Shown: positions 46,331-57,012, counted from the first letter of the stretch. The stretch: 64,000 bases of DNA from an uncultured Actinomycetes bacterium (GCA_963768945.1 CAVYJW010000003.1:849586-913585), one strand, 5' to 3'. The notes: a model not told the origin generated them from the letters alone. Numbers and translations are program-made.

Positions 46331-47052
46331 ACGCGATTGAGCAGCCCGGCACCGACGAGGCGGACTGGCGGGCCTGGGCGGGCCTGCACCGCCTCCCGGT
46401 GGCCGACCTGACCGGCTGGGCGCGCGTGCTGGTGCTCGCGGCCCATCCTGACGACGAGGTGCTCGGCGTGGGCGGCACCATGGCCCAGCTGGCCGCGGCC
46501 GGGACCCGGCTCCTGCTGGTCTCGGTCACCGACGGCGAGGCCTCCCATCCCGGCCACCCCGACCCGGCCGCGCTGGCCGCCCGCCGGGCCGCCGAGACCG
46601 CCGGCGCGCTTGGGATGCTGGGCGCCCAGGCCACCGAGGTGATCCGGCTCGGGTTCCCCGACACGGGCGTGGCGGCCCGCGAAGACGACCTCGCCACACG
46701 GGTGCGCGATCTCGCCGCGGGCTGCGACGCGGTCCTGGCCCCCTGGGACCAGGACGTGCACGCCGACCATGAGGCGGTGGGCCGGGCCGCCCGCCGCGCC
46801 AGCCCGCTCACCTACTGCTACCCGGTGTGGACGTGGCACTGGGCCCACCCCGGTGACTCGCGGGTGCCGTGGGAGCACGCCGTGCGCGTTTCGTTGCGGC
46901 CCTCGGTTGCCGCCCGCAAACGCGCCGCCATCCGCTGCTTCGCCAGCCAGCTGGAGCCCCGGGGTTCCGGTGCCGGCCCGGTACTCACCCCGGGCACGGT
47001 GGCGCACTTTACCCGCGATCACGAGGTGCTGCTCCGGGCGGCGAGCCGATGA
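46327..47052 (+). CDS. PIG-L family deacetylase
   Basis: VLVLAAHPDDEVLGVGG and DVHADHEAVG. The GTG start overlaps the upstream TGA (GTGA). Confidence 0.8.
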   Translation: MNAIEQPGTDEADWRAWAGLHRLPVADLTGWARVLVLAAHPDDEVLGVGGTMAQLAAAGTRLLLVSVTDGEASHPGHPDPAALAARRAAETAGALGMLGAQATEVIRLGFPDTGVAAREDDLATRVRDLAAGCDAVLAPWDQDVHADHEAVGRAARRASPLTYCYPVWTWHWAHPGDSRVPWEHAVRVSLRPSVAARKRAAIRCFASQLEPRGSGAGPVLTPGTVAHFTRDHEVLLRAASR

Positions 47053-47657
47053 GCCTGGACCTGGGGTACTTCGACCGGATGTACGCGGCCAAGCGCGACC
47101 CGTGGGGGCTGGCCAGCCGCTGGTACGAGGCGCGCAAGTACGCGCTCACCCTGGCGCTGCTGCCCGACCCGCACTACGAGGACGTATTCGAGCCGGGCTG
47201 CTCGGTGGGCGTGCTGACCGGGATGCTGGCCGCGCGCAGTGGCCACGTGCTGGCCTGGGACGCCTCCGGTGCGGCCGTGCGGGCGGCCGCCGCGCGGACC
47301 GCCGCGCTGCCGAACGTCCGCGTGCGCCGCGGCGCGATCCCCGGCGACTGGCCGCCCGGCCGGTTCGACCTCATCGTGTTCTCCGAGGTGCTCTACTACT
47401 TCGCCGGGGAGGAGCTGGACCGGGTCCTGGACCGCGGCGCCGCGTCGCTGCGGCCCGGCGGCTCCCTGCTCGCGGTGCACTGGCGGCACCCGGTGGCGGA
47501 CTACCCGCGCGGCGGCGATGACGTGCACCGGGTGCTGGCCGCGCGCCGCGACCTGGCCCGCCGGGTCGGGCACACCGAGACGGACTTCACCGCCGAGGTC
47601 TACCAGCGGGCCGGCCGCGAGCTGGTCTCGGTGGCCCAGGCCGAGGGCCTCGTGTGA
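47049..47657 (+). CDS. SAM-dependent methyltransferase, NodS-like
   Basis: DPWGLASRWYEARKY...VFEPGCSVGVLTGMLA...FDLIVFSEVLYYF matches the NodS-family layout. ATGA overlap with the PIG-L stop. Confidence 0.8.
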   Translation: MSLDLGYFDRMYAAKRDPWGLASRWYEARKYALTLALLPDPHYEDVFEPGCSVGVLTGMLAARSGHVLAWDASGAAVRAAAARTAALPNVRVRRGAIPGDWPPGRFDLIVFSEVLYYFAGEELDRVLDRGAASLRPGGSLLAVHWRHPVADYPRGGDDVHRVLAARRDLARRVGHTETDFTAEVYQRAGRELVSVAQAEGLV

Positions 47658-48352
47658 AATCTCCCATGATCGCCGCCGTCGGCGTGGTCATCCCGGCGCA
47701 CGACGAGCAGGACCTGCTGCCGTCCTGCCTGGCCGCGGTGCGGCTGGCCGCCGCGCCGCTGGCCGGCATCCCCGTCCACGTGGTGGTGGTGGCGGACGCC
47801 TGCACCGATCAGACCGCCGGACTGGCCCGGGCCGGCGGAGCGGCGGTGCTGGCCATCAAGGCGCGGAACGTGGGCGCCGCCCGGGCCGCCGGGGTAGCGG
47901 AGGTGTTCCGCCGGACCGGGCCGCTCGACCCGGCCTCGGTCTGGCTGGCCACGACGGACGCGGACACGCTGGTGCCGCCGTGCTGGCTGACCCGGCAGGT
48001 CCGCTACGCCGAGGGCGGCTGGGATGCGGTCGTCGGCACGATCACCGTGAACGACTGGCGGCAGTACCCGGGCGAGGTACCCCCGCTATTCCAGCAGCTT
48101 TACCGGACGGGCGGCGCGGCCCATTCGCACGTGCACGGCGCCAACCTGGGCTTCAGCGCGGCCGCGTACCTGGCCGCGGGCGGTTTCGGGCCGGCCAGGA
48201 CCGCCGAGGACCACGCGCTCGTCAACGCGCTCGCCGCCTCGGGCAGACGGGTGCTGCGCACCAGCACGGTGAGCGTGGTCACCTCGGCCCGGCGCCGCGC
48301 CCGGGCCCCGGACGGCTTCAGTCACCTGCTGGCCGCGCTGGCCGCCCGGTGA
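47654..48352 (+). CDS. small family-2 glycosyltransferase
   Basis: GVVIPAHDE, VVVVADACTD and TTDADT (DxD). GTGA overlap with the methyltransferase stop. Confidence 0.8.
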   Translation: MKSPMIAAVGVVIPAHDEQDLLPSCLAAVRLAAAPLAGIPVHVVVVADACTDQTAGLARAGGAAVLAIKARNVGAARAAGVAEVFRRTGPLDPASVWLATTDADTLVPPCWLTRQVRYAEGGWDAVVGTITVNDWRQYPGEVPPLFQQLYRTGGAAHSHVHGANLGFSAAAYLAAGGFGPARTAEDHALVNALAASGRRVLRTSTVSVVTSARRRARAPDGFSHLLAALAAR

Positions 48353-48372
48353 CCGATGGCTGAACCGCCGGC

Positions 48373-48720
48373 TCAGCCTCGGTGCTGCAGGGTGTAGCGG
48401 ACCGTCTGAACCTGGATCAGCCCGTCGCGGAACACGAACGTGTCGATGCCGTCGTCCGCGTACGTGGCCCCCGCGTCCGCGGCCCACTCCAGGAACAGGA
48501 CGTCACCCTCGTAGATCTGGGTCTTCAGGGTCCAGTCGGCGTCCGGCACGTCCGCGAGCAGCTGGGTGAACGCGGCCCGGATCCCGCCCTTTCCGTGCAG
48601 CGCGCCTGCGGGCGTGATGAGCACCCCATCCTCGGCGTAGTCGGCGACGATCTCGTCCAGGTCGCCGGCGCCGAGCGCCTCGACATGGTGGCCGAAAACT
48701 TCCTGTGGTGTCCGTGTCAT
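48373..48720 (-). CDS. SnoaL-like/NTF2 family protein
   Basis: [32 protein letters not shown]...[18 protein letters not shown] lies 6 nt before ATG 48720. Confidence 0.7.
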   Translation of the reverse strand: MTRTPQEVFGHHVEALGAGDLDEIVADYAEDGVLITPAGALHGKGGIRAAFTQLLADVPDADWTLKTQIYEGDVLFLEWAADAGATYADDGIDTFVFRDGLIQVQTVRYTLQHRG

Positions 48721-48797
48721 CGCCATCTCCCGTGGTAGCCAGCCCGTACCGCCTACCCTATGGTGCGCACCCCCGACCCGGAAGGCAGAGACCCTTC

Positions 48798-51440
48798 GTG
48801 ACCGCAACCGCTTCCGCCGACCCGCAGCCGCCCGCCGACGCCGGAGTTCAGCGCCGGATCGCCGAGGAACTGGGGGTGCGCGAGAGGCAGGTCAGCGCGG
48901 CGGTCGAGCTGCTCGACGGCGGGGCCACGGTGCCGTTCGTCGCCCGCTACCGCAAGGAGGCAACCGGCGCCCTGGACGACGCGCAGCTGCGCACGCTCGA
49001 GGAGCGGCTGCGCTACCTCCGCGAGCTGGAGGACCGGCGGGCGGCCATCCTGGAGTCCGTCCGGGCCCTGGGCAAGCTCGACGACGAGCTCAGCGCGCGG
49101 ATCATGGCCGCCGACTCCAAGGCGCGGCTGGAGGACATCTACCTGCCCTACAAGCCGAAGCGGCGCACCAAGGCGCAGATCGCCCGCGAGGCCGGGCTGG
49201 AACCGCTCGCTCTCCAGCTGCTGGCCCACCCGGAAACCGTCCCGGAGCGGGCCGCCGCGCAGTACGTGGACGCGGAGCGGGGCGTGGCTGACGCGGCCGC
49301 GGCGCTGGACGGCGCGCGGGCCATCCTGGTCGAGCGGTTCGCCGAGGACGCCGACCTGATCGGCGAGCTGCGTGAGCAGATGTGGTCCCGGGGCCGGCTG
49401 GTGTCCCGGGTCCGCGAGGGCCGGGAGGAGGCGGGTGCCAAGTTCGCCGGCTACTTCGAGTTCGCGGAGCCGTTCACGGCGCTGCCCTCGCACCGGATCC
49501 TGGCCATGATGCGCGGGGAGAAGGAAGAAATCCTCGACCTGACCATGGATGCGGGTGAGCCCGCGGCTGACGGCCTGGCTCCTTCCGCCCCGTCCGATTA
49601 CGCAACGAAAATCGCCCGGCGCTATGACGTCGCCGACCAGGGCCGTCCGGCGGACCGCTGGCTGGGGGACACGGTGCAATGGGCCTGGCGCACCCGGATC
49701 GCCGTGCACCTCGGGGTCGATCTGAGGATGCGGCTGTGGCAGCGTGCCGAGGACGAGGCGGTCGTGGTGTTCGCGGCCAACCTTCGCGACCTGCTGCTGG
49801 CCGCCCCGGCCGGGACGCGCTCCACGATGGGCCTGGATCCGGGGTTCCGCACCGGGGTCAAGGTCGCGGTGGTGGACGGCACGGGCAAGGCGGTCGCCAC
49901 CGACACGATCTTCCCGCATGAGCTCAAGCGAGGCGGGGCAGGCGGGGCCGGGTCGCCCCGGTGGGAGGAGTCCATCACGACGCTGGCCCGGCTGGCCGCC
50001 GCTCACCGGGTCGAGCTGATCGCGATCGGCAACGGCACGGCCTCGCGCGAGACGGACCGGCTGGCCGCGGATCTGATCAAGGCACACCCGGAGCTGAAGC
50101 TCACCAAGGTGATGGTCTCCGAGGCGGGGGCGTCGGTGTACTCGGCGTCCGCGTACGCCTCCCGTGAGCTGCCCGGCATGGACGTGTCGCTGCGCGGCGC
50201 GGTCTCGATCGCCCGGCGGCTCCAGGATCCGCTAGCCGAGCTGGTCAAGATCGACCCGAAGTCCATCGGGGTCGGCCAGTACCAGCACGACCTGGCCGAG
50301 ATCAAGCTGTCCCGGTCGCTGGACGCGGTCGTCGAGGACTGCGTGAACGGCGTCGGCGTGGACGTGAACACCGCGTCGGTCCCGTTGCTGGCCCGCGTGT
50401 CGGGGATCAGCGAAGGCCTGGCTGCCGCGGTCGTGGCCCGGCGGGACGAGGCTGGCCCGTTCCGCAGCCGGCAGGCCCTCAAGGACGTGCCGCGGCTGGG
50501 ACCGAAGGCATTCGAGCAGTGCGCGGGGTTCCTGCGCATCCCCGGCGGGGACGACCCGCTGGACGCGTCCAGCGTCCACCCGGAGGCCTATCCGGTGGTC
50601 CGGCGCATCCTGCGGGCGGCCGGGACGGGCATGCCCGGGCTGATCGGCAACACGTCCGTGCTGCGCTCGCTGCGGCCCCAGGACTTCACCGACGACCGCT
50701 TCGGCCTGCCGACCGTGACCGACATCCTCAGCGAGCTGGAGAAGCCCGGCCGTGACCCGCGGCCGGCGTTCACCACGGCCAGCTTCGCCGAGGGCGTGGA
50801 GACGCTGGAGGACCTCGCCCCTGGCATGGTGCTGGAAGGCGTGGTGACCAACGTGGCCGCGTTCGGGGCTTTCGTGGACATTGGCGTGCATCAGGACGGC
50901 CTGGTGCATGTGTCCGCGATGTCGCGGACATTCGTGTCTGACCCCCGCCAGGTCGTGAAGCCGGGTGACGTGGTCCGGGTCCGGGTGCTGGGCGTGGACA
51001 TCCCCCGCAAGCGGATCTCGCTCACGCTGCGGCTGGAGGACGAGGCGGCGGAGCGGGGCGGACGGCCCCGCCGTGAGGCCGGGCGCGAGGCAGTGGGCCA
51101 GGGCGGGACCAGCGGGGCAGCCCGCGGCCGCAGCGGCGCCCGGGAAGGCGGCGGTGCGGGCCGTGGCGCCCGGGAAGGCGGCGGTGCGGGCCGTGGCGCC
51201 CGGGAAGGCGGCGGTGCGGGCCGCGGTGCCCGGGATGGCGGCGGTGCGGGCCACGGCGGCGAACGGACCGGCCGGGAGCGCGGGCGCCCTGACCGGGGGA
51301 GCACAGGCCAGGGCAGCACAGGCCAGGGCAGCACAGGCCAGGGCAGCACAGGCCAGGGCGACGGGGCCATGGCCGACGCCCTCCGGCGGGCTGGCCTGCT
51401 GGGCGACCAGCCTGACCGGCGTCCCGGCAAGCAGGGCTGA
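48798..51440 (+). CDS. tex: Tex-like transcription accessory protein (YqgF/HhH/S1 domains) with a long repetitive Gly/Arg-rich C-terminal tail
   Basis: [37 protein letters not shown] (Tex N-terminus), the YqgF-like region, and the S1 domain [31 protein letters not shown]. Confidence 0.9.
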   Translation: MTATASADPQPPADAGVQRRIAEELGVRERQVSAAVELLDGGATVPFVARYRKEATGALDDAQLRTLEERLRYLRELEDRRAAILESVRALGKLDDELSARIMAADSKARLEDIYLPYKPKRRTKAQIAREAGLEPLALQLLAHPETVPERAAAQYVDAERGVADAAAALDGARAILVERFAEDADLIGELREQMWSRGRLVSRVREGREEAGAKFAGYFEFAEPFTALPSHRILAMMRGEKEEILDLTMDAGEPAADGLAPSAPSDYATKIARRYDVADQGRPADRWLGDTVQWAWRTRIAVHLGVDLRMRLWQRAEDEAVVVFAANLRDLLLAAPAGTRSTMGLDPGFRTGVKVAVVDGTGKAVATDTIFPHELKRGGAGGAGSPRWEESITTLARLAAAHRVELIAIGNGTASRETDRLAADLIKAHPELKLTKVMVSEAGASVYSASAYASRELPGMDVSLRGAVSIARRLQDPLAELVKIDPKSIGVGQYQHDLAEIKLSRSLDAVVEDCVNGVGVDVNTASVPLLARVSGISEGLAAAVVARRDEAGPFRSRQALKDVPRLGPKAFEQCAGFLRIPGGDDPLDASSVHPEAYPVVRRILRAAGTGMPGLIGNTSVLRSLRPQDFTDDRFGLPTVTDILSELEKPGRDPRPAFTTASFAEGVETLEDLAPGMVLEGVVTNVAAFGAFVDIGVHQDGLVHVSAMSRTFVSDPRQVVKPGDVVRVRVLGVDIPRKRISLTLRLEDEAAERGGRPRREAGREAVGQGGTSGAARGRSGAREGGGAGRGAREGGGAGRGAREGGGAGRGARDGGGAGHGGERTGRERGRPDRGSTGQGSTGQGSTGQGSTGQGDGAMADALRRAGLLGDQPDRRPGKQG
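51137..51258. repeat. 30-bp tandem repeat x about 4, encoding ([10 protein letters not shown])n in the Tex tail
   Basis: Read directly from the sequence. Confidence 0.9.
51301..51360. repeat. 15-bp perfect tandem repeat x4 (GCACAGGCCAGGGCA), encoding (STGQG)n in the Tex tail
   Basis: Read directly from the sequence. Confidence 0.95.
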
Positions 51441-51752
51441 CCGGGGCCCTGACCGGCCCGGCCGCGCGGCGGAACCGCCATATCGCCGGCGCGGGTCAAG
51501 ACTCCTGATCACGCTCTGTCTAAAGTGTCGTTACTGATTGTTGAACTTTGAGTCTACTGTGGCAGACGTGGCCCGACGATGCGGGCTCGCGAGATTTTCC
51601 TGAGGAGGGCGGGACCGCCCTCCTCAGGGCGAGGACAGGGGAGGTCACAGCCAGGAAGGTTCTCGTTCGCCGAGGTTCAGGCCTGGGCGAAACCCCGGGC
51701 GGGGGCCTGGGCGGGGCGGGGGTGGTGCGCGTTGGCGTGGCGACGGGGGATC

Positions 51753-54700
51753 ATGGCGGCGTACGCCGCCTGGATGACGCTGCTCGTCGTCGCCTACTAC
51801 GCGCTGCCGGCGCTCCGGGTGGGCGTGTGGGGAGTCCTGGCGCTCTCCGGGGTCGCGGCCATCGCGGCCGGCGTGATCCTCAACCGTCCCGCCCGCCGGG
51901 CGCCGTGGCTGCTGCTGGCCGCGGCGAACCTGAGCTTCGCGGTGGGCCAGCAGAGCTTCCTGGTCCTGACCCAGGTCAGGCACGAGACCGTCCCGTTCCC
52001 CTCCTTCGTGGACCTCTTCTACCTGGCTTCGTATCCCCTGTACGCGATCGGCCTGCTGATCTTCATCCGGCGCCGTTCGGCCGGGCAAGACCGGCGCAGC
52101 CTGCTGGACGCGCTGACCCTGACCGTGGGCCTGGCCCTGCTGTCTTGGGTGTTCCTCATCCTGCCCTACGTGAACAACGCCACCTTGACGTGGCAGCAGA
52201 AGGCGGTCGCGATCGCCTACCCGCTGGGCGACGTGCTCGTGCTCGCCATGCTGGCCCGGCTGCTGGCCCCCGGCACCTGGCGGGCCCGCTCCCTGCAGCT
52301 GCTCACCCTGGGCAGCCTGGGGCTGCTCGCCTCGGACGTGGCTTTCGGCCTGGCCCAGCTGCACGGCTCGTTCCCCCTGGGCACCCTCATCGATTCCGGC
52401 TGGGCCGTGTTCTACGCGGCCTGGGGTGCTGCCGCGCTGCATCCGAGCATGACGGAACTGACCCAGCCGGCGGCCAGCCAGCGGGCCCCGAGCTCGGCGG
52501 CCCGGCTGATCCTGATCATGGTGGCCTCGCTGATCGCCCCGGCGCTGCTGCTGGGCGAGGCCGTCACGCACCGGGTCCGGGACGCCGGGGTGATCGCGGT
52601 CTGTTCCGCCCTGCTGTATGTCCTGGTCTTGTCCCGGCTCGCTGACGTGGCCGCCGCGCTCCGCCGGAGCCTGGCCCGGGCCCAGGTCCTGCGGCTGGCC
52701 GGGGCGGCCCTGGCCGCGGCGGCCACGGTGGAGCAGGCTGCCAGCGCCGTCCGGGCCGGGGTGGCCTCGCTGATGGAGAACCGCCAGAGCGGGCCGGTCC
52801 TGCTCGCCGTACGCGAGGGCGGCACCCTGCGGGTGGTGGGCTCCCCGCCGGACGAGCCGCCCGTGACCATGGACCTGCCTGCCGCGGCGGCGGATGGCTG
52901 GCTGTCGCTGCTCACCGGGCCTGGTCCGCAGCTGCTGAGCGGCGCGGACGGCGACGAACCGAGCGTCCTGCTCTGCGCGCTGGCCCTGCAGGACCGGCCG
53001 GCCGGTGATCCGCTGATCGGGGTGCTGGCCGTGTCCGGCGACCGCCGGGACCTGGCCGAGCTGGCCGGGACGTTCGAGGTGCTGGCCCGGCAGGCGGCCC
53101 TGGTGGTCGAGCGGGTAGTGCTCAGCCGCGAGGTGATCCGGCGCAACAGCGAAGCGTACTTCCGGACCCTGATCCACGACACGTCCGACGTGATCCTGAT
53201 CGTGGACGACTCCGGCCGGATCCGGTACGCCACGCCGTCGGCCCGGAGCATCTTCGGCCACGTCCCGGTGGACGGGGAGTACCTGTGGGACCTCGTCCAG
53301 CCGGATGAGCGGGGGGACGTCACCCGGGCCCTGGCCGAGATGCGCGCCGGGCAGGGCCCGGACGCCGACGAGGACTGGCGGATTACCGCCCGCGACGGTT
53401 CCTACGTCGAGGTGGAGGTCCGCTGCAGCGACCTGCGTGACGAGCCCACCGTCGGCGGCCTGGTGCTGACCCTGCGGGACGTCACCGACCAGCGCCAGCT
53501 CGAGCGGGAGCTCAAGTACCGGGCCTTCCACGATTCGCTCACCGGGCTGCCCAACCGGATTCTGTTCCAGGAGCGGGTAATGCGCGCGATGGCCCGCGCC
53601 CGGCGCACCGAGACGGTGGTCGGCGTGCTCTTCATCGACCTGGACGACTTCACGGTGACCAACGACACCTTGGGGCACAGCGTCGGTGACGAGCTGCTGG
53701 CCGCCGCGGGGATGCGGCTCGCCGCGCTCACCACGGGTCACGACACCGCGGCCCGGCTGAGCGGGGACGAGTTCGGGCTGCTGATCGAGGACGCGATGGA
53801 CGGCGCGGCGGTGGAGAACCTGGCCGAGGCCATCGTCCTGGCCTTCCAGGAGCCGTTCACGCTCGCCATCGGCTCGGCGATCGTCACCGCCACCGTGGGC
53901 GTCGCCACCAGCGAGGACGCCACCAGCACCAGCGACCTGATCCGGCAAGCCGACCTGGCACTGTACGCGGCCAAGGCGGCGGGTAAGCGGCAATGGCGCC
54001 GCTACCAGCCGGTGTTCAGCGCCGGCATGATGCGGCGCCGGGAGCTGCAGGCGGCTCTGGACAGCGCGGTGGCGGAGTCGGCCTTCACGCTGGTCTACCA
54101 GCCCATCGTCGAGCTCAGCACCGGCGCGGTGGCCGGGTTCGAGGCGCTGCTGCGCTGGCCGCACGCGGAGTGGGGCATGGTGCAGCCGGACCAGTTCATC
54201 GCCCTGGCCGAGGAGACCGGCCACATCGTCCCGCTCGGCGCCTGGGTTCTCCAGCAGGCCACGACCGACCTGGCCCGCTGGCTGCAGCGCGTCCGCGGTC
54301 ACCCGGCGGTGTATGTGAGCGTGAACGTGGCCGCCCGCCAGCTGCGGGATCCGGGCTTTGTCCGGGGAGTCCGGCGGCGACTGACCGAATCCGGCCTGGC
54401 CCCGTCGTCCCTGGTGCTGGAGCTGACCGAGAGCGGCCTGCTCCGCCCGGACCAGCGGCTCCGGGCCGACCTGGAGGAGCTGAAGGGGATGGGGGTGCGG
54501 CTGGCCATCGATGACTTCGGTACCGGCTACTCCTCCCTGAGCTACCTGCGCGAGCTGCCGATCGACCTGCTCAAGATCGACAAGTCCTTCGTGGACGGGA
54601 TCGCCGTGTCCACCCAGCGGCTGGCCCTCGTCGAAGTGATCGTCCGGATCTCCAGGACGCTGGAGCTGACCGTGATCGCCGAGGGGATCGAGAGCGAGGT

Positions 54701-54842
54701 GCAGCGGGACATGCTGGTCTCCATGGGCTGCCGTTACGGGCAGGGCTACCTGCTGGCCGCCCCGATGCCCGCGGACGAGGCCGAGGCCCTGCTGCGGGCC
54801 GGCCGCAGCATGGTGCCGCAGTTGCCCGGCGCCCGCCGTTGA
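51753..54842 (+). CDS. membrane-bound c-di-GMP signalling protein: multi-TM sensor, PAS, GGDEF and EAL domains
   Basis: About 8 N-terminal TM helices, a PAS region (VILIVDDSGRIRYATPS), SGDEF (a GGDEF variant), and EAL motifs (EALLRW, DDFGTGYSSL). GGGGGA lies 3 nt before ATG 51753. Confidence 0.9.
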   Translation: MAAYAAWMTLLVVAYYALPALRVGVWGVLALSGVAAIAAGVILNRPARRAPWLLLAAANLSFAVGQQSFLVLTQVRHETVPFPSFVDLFYLASYPLYAIGLLIFIRRRSAGQDRRSLLDALTLTVGLALLSWVFLILPYVNNATLTWQQKAVAIAYPLGDVLVLAMLARLLAPGTWRARSLQLLTLGSLGLLASDVAFGLAQLHGSFPLGTLIDSGWAVFYAAWGAAALHPSMTELTQPAASQRAPSSAARLILIMVASLIAPALLLGEAVTHRVRDAGVIAVCSALLYVLVLSRLADVAAALRRSLARAQVLRLAGAALAAAATVEQAASAVRAGVASLMENRQSGPVLLAVREGGTLRVVGSPPDEPPVTMDLPAAAADGWLSLLTGPGPQLLSGADGDEPSVLLCALALQDRPAGDPLIGVLAVSGDRRDLAELAGTFEVLARQAALVVERVVLSREVIRRNSEAYFRTLIHDTSDVILIVDDSGRIRYATPSARSIFGHVPVDGEYLWDLVQPDERGDVTRALAEMRAGQGPDADEDWRITARDGSYVEVEVRCSDLRDEPTVGGLVLTLRDVTDQRQLERELKYRAFHDSLTGLPNRILFQERVMRAMARARRTETVVGVLFIDLDDFTVTNDTLGHSVGDELLAAAGMRLAALTTGHDTAARLSGDEFGLLIEDAMDGAAVENLAEAIVLAFQEPFTLAIGSAIVTATVGVATSEDATSTSDLIRQADLALYAAKAAGKRQWRRYQPVFSAGMMRRRELQAALDSAVAESAFTLVYQPIVELSTGAVAGFEALLRWPHAEWGMVQPDQFIALAEETGHIVPLGAWVLQQATTDLARWLQRVRGHPAVYVSVNVAARQLRDPGFVRGVRRRLTESGLAPSSLVLELTESGLLRPDQRLRADLEELKGMGVRLAIDDFGTGYSSLSYLRELPIDLLKIDKSFVDGIAVSTQRLALVEVIVRISRTLELTVIAEGIESEVQRDMLVSMGCRYGQGYLLAAPMPADEAEALLRAGRSMVPQLPGARR

Positions 54843-54887
54843 CTCGAGTGCCGCTGCCGTGAATTGACCAGTCCACCCCCCCAATGA

Positions 54888-54910
54888 TCTGATTGAGCAG
54901 AGGAATCAGA
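54888..54910. promoter_or_regulatory. inverted repeat TCTGATT-N9-AATCAGA overlapping the hmgA RBS region
   Basis: Arms at 54888-54894 and 54904-54910. Candidate operator. Confidence 0.3.
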
Positions 54911-54914
54911 CGAT

Positions 54915-56246
54915 ATGGGAGCAGTCATGGCGGACAGGCACGCGGACGGCCATCACTACCAGCCTGGTTTCGGGAACGAGTTCGTCAGCGAAGCCGTCCC
55001 GGGCGCCCTGCCCGAGGGCCGCAACTCGCCGCAGCGCGCCCCGCTGGGCCTGTACGCGGAGCAGCTGAGCGGGACCGCCTTCACCGAGCCGCGCGCGGTC
55101 AACCGGCGGACCTGGGCCTACCGGATCATGCCGTCCGCGGCTCACCCCCGCTTCGACCGGATCGGCAACGGAGCACTGCGCGGCACGCCGTTCGACGAGA
55201 TCGAGCCGGACCCCAACCGGCTGCGCTGGGATCCGCTGCCGCTGCCCGCCGGACCGGCGGACTTCGTTGACGGCCTCTACACCGTGGGCGGCAACGGCGA
55301 CCTGCGGACGCGCAGCGGCATGGCCGTGCACCTGTACGCTGCCACGTCGGCGATGACCGACCGATATTTCGTGGACGCCGACGGGGAACTGCTGTTCGTA
55401 CCGCAAGAAGGCACCCTCCTCCTGCACACGGAGCTGGGCCCGCTGCAGCTGAGCCCCGGCGAGATCGCCGTGGTTCCCCGGGGCCTCAGGTTCCGGGTGG
55501 ACCTGCCCGGCGGCCCGGCGCGCGGCTACCTGTGCGAGAACTACGGTGCCCCGTTCACGCTGCCGGAGCGCGGCGTGATCGGCGCCAACGGGCTCGCGAA
55601 CGAGCGTGACTTCCTGGCGCCCACGGCCGCCTATGAGGAGCGCGGCGGCCCGGTGCAGGTGGTGCAGAAGTTCGGCGGCAACCTGTGGGCGGCCGGGTAC
55701 GATCACTCGCCACTGGACGTAGTGGCCTGGCACGGCAGCTACGTCCCGGTCAAGTACGACACCGCGAACTTCATGGTGCTGGGCACGGTCAGCTTCGACC
55801 ATCCGGACCCGTCGATCTACACGGTGCTCACCTCGCCGTCTGACACGCTGGGGCTGGCCAACGTGGACTTCGCCATCTTCCCGCCGCGCTGGCTGGTCGC
55901 CGACGACACCTTCCGGCCGCCCTGGTTCCACCGCAACGTGATGTCGGAGTTCATGGGCCTGGTCCAGGGTGCCTACGACGCCAAGGCCGAGGGATTCCTG
56001 CCCGGCGGGGCGAGCCTGCACAACACGTTCACCTCGCACGGCCCGGACGCCGAGACGTTCGCCCGGGCCAGCAGCGTCGAACTAGCGCCGCAGAAGGTCG
56101 CGGACACGCTGGCGTTCATGTTCGAGAGCCGCTGGATGATCGTCCCGACCCGGCAGGCCATGGAGGCGGCGCACCGTCAGCCCGACTATGACTCGGTCTG
56201 GGCCGGGCTGACCCGCTCCTTCGCGGCGCCCCGTGTTGCCCAGTGA
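54915..56246 (+). CDS. hmgA: homogentisate 1,2-dioxygenase
   Basis: [26 protein letters not shown]..., a length of about 440 aa and the conserved C-terminal half all match HmgA. Alternative start at 54927. Confidence 0.9.
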   Translation: MGAVMADRHADGHHYQPGFGNEFVSEAVPGALPEGRNSPQRAPLGLYAEQLSGTAFTEPRAVNRRTWAYRIMPSAAHPRFDRIGNGALRGTPFDEIEPDPNRLRWDPLPLPAGPADFVDGLYTVGGNGDLRTRSGMAVHLYAATSAMTDRYFVDADGELLFVPQEGTLLLHTELGPLQLSPGEIAVVPRGLRFRVDLPGGPARGYLCENYGAPFTLPERGVIGANGLANERDFLAPTAAYEERGGPVQVVQKFGGNLWAAGYDHSPLDVVAWHGSYVPVKYDTANFMVLGTVSFDHPDPSIYTVLTSPSDTLGLANVDFAIFPPRWLVADDTFRPPWFHRNVMSEFMGLVQGAYDAKAEGFLPGGASLHNTFTSHGPDAETFARASSVELAPQKVADTLAFMFESRWMIVPTRQAMEAAHRQPDYDSVWAGLTRSFAAPRVAQ

Positions 56247-57012
56247 GCAAGGCGGTCCCGCAGCCCCGGGCGACGCGCTGCTCGCGGGGCTGCCGCCGCG
56301 CTTCACCGGTGTGCTGCCGCTGTGGTACCAGCTGGCCCAGAGCCTGCGCGCGGTCATCCTGGGGTTCGACCGGGACGGCGCGCTCCGGCTGCCGACCGAG
56401 GCGCAGCTTGCCCGGCACTACGGGGTGAGTCTGGCCACCGTGCGCCAGGCGCTGGGTTCCCTGGCCGGCGAGGGCCTGATCAGCAGGCACCGGCGGCGCG
56501 GCACGTTCGTCAACGCCGACGCGCTGCGGACCCGGGCGCTGCGCGTGCTGGGCTCGGCGGACGCGGTCATGGCCCAGCAGTCCAGTGACGAGGTCCAGGT
56601 CCTCGGCCGGACCCGGGTGCCGGCCGGCGCGCTGCCCGCGCGGCTGGGCGCGGCGCGTGAGGCCGTGCTTATCCGCCGGCTGCGCCTCGACGACGGCGTG
56701 CCGGTCAGCTACGCCGAGAACTACCTGCGCCCGGAGCACGCGGCCCGGGTCAGCGACGCGGCGCTGGCCCGGTCCCCGGTCACCAGGATCCTCCGCGACG
56801 AGCTGTCGCTGCCGCTCACCAGGATCGACAACGAGGTCTCAGCTCGCGCCGCGCCGGCCGAGGTGGCCGCGCTGCTGCAGATCGACGCGCTGAGCCCCGT
56901 GCTGGTTTCCGAAAACGTGACCTACGCGGCTGGCGCTACCCCGGTGGACGTGGCCCGGATCCACTACCGTAGCGACCTCTTCACATTCGCGATCTCCCTG
57001 GACATTCCTTGA
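56233..57012 (+). CDS. GntR family transcriptional regulator, HutC subfamily (UTRA effector domain)
   Basis: [41 protein letters not shown], followed by a UTRA-like C-terminus. The gene overlaps hmgA by 14 nt and fahA by 4 nt (TTGA). Confidence 0.85.
   Translation: MLPSEQGGPAAPGDALLAGLPPRFTGVLPLWYQLAQSLRAVILGFDRDGALRLPTEAQLARHYGVSLATVRQALGSLAGEGLISRHRRRGTFVNADALRTRALRVLGSADAVMAQQSSDEVQVLGRTRVPAGALPARLGAAREAVLIRRLRLDDGVPVSYAENYLRPEHAARVSDAALARSPVTRILRDELSLPLTRIDNEVSARAAPAEVAALLQIDALSPVLVSENVTYAAGATPVDVARIHYRSDLFTFAISLDIP

Noticed and set aside
45277-47052. A single 591-aa ACAD-PIG-L fusion protein.
   Set aside because: The roughly 40-aa linker is nonsense sequence. The adjacent frame gives a sensible ACAD C-terminus whose stop overlaps a GTG start for the PIG-L domain. 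I interpret it as two genes plus a frameshift.
45331-48352. A bona fide nod (Nod-factor) gene cluster.
   Set aside because: Only the methyltransferase resembles a Nod protein (NodS). The deacetylase is PIG-L rather than NodB-type. The GT2 is small (232 aa) and not NodC-like, and there is no NodA. The analogy is at the level of chemistry only.
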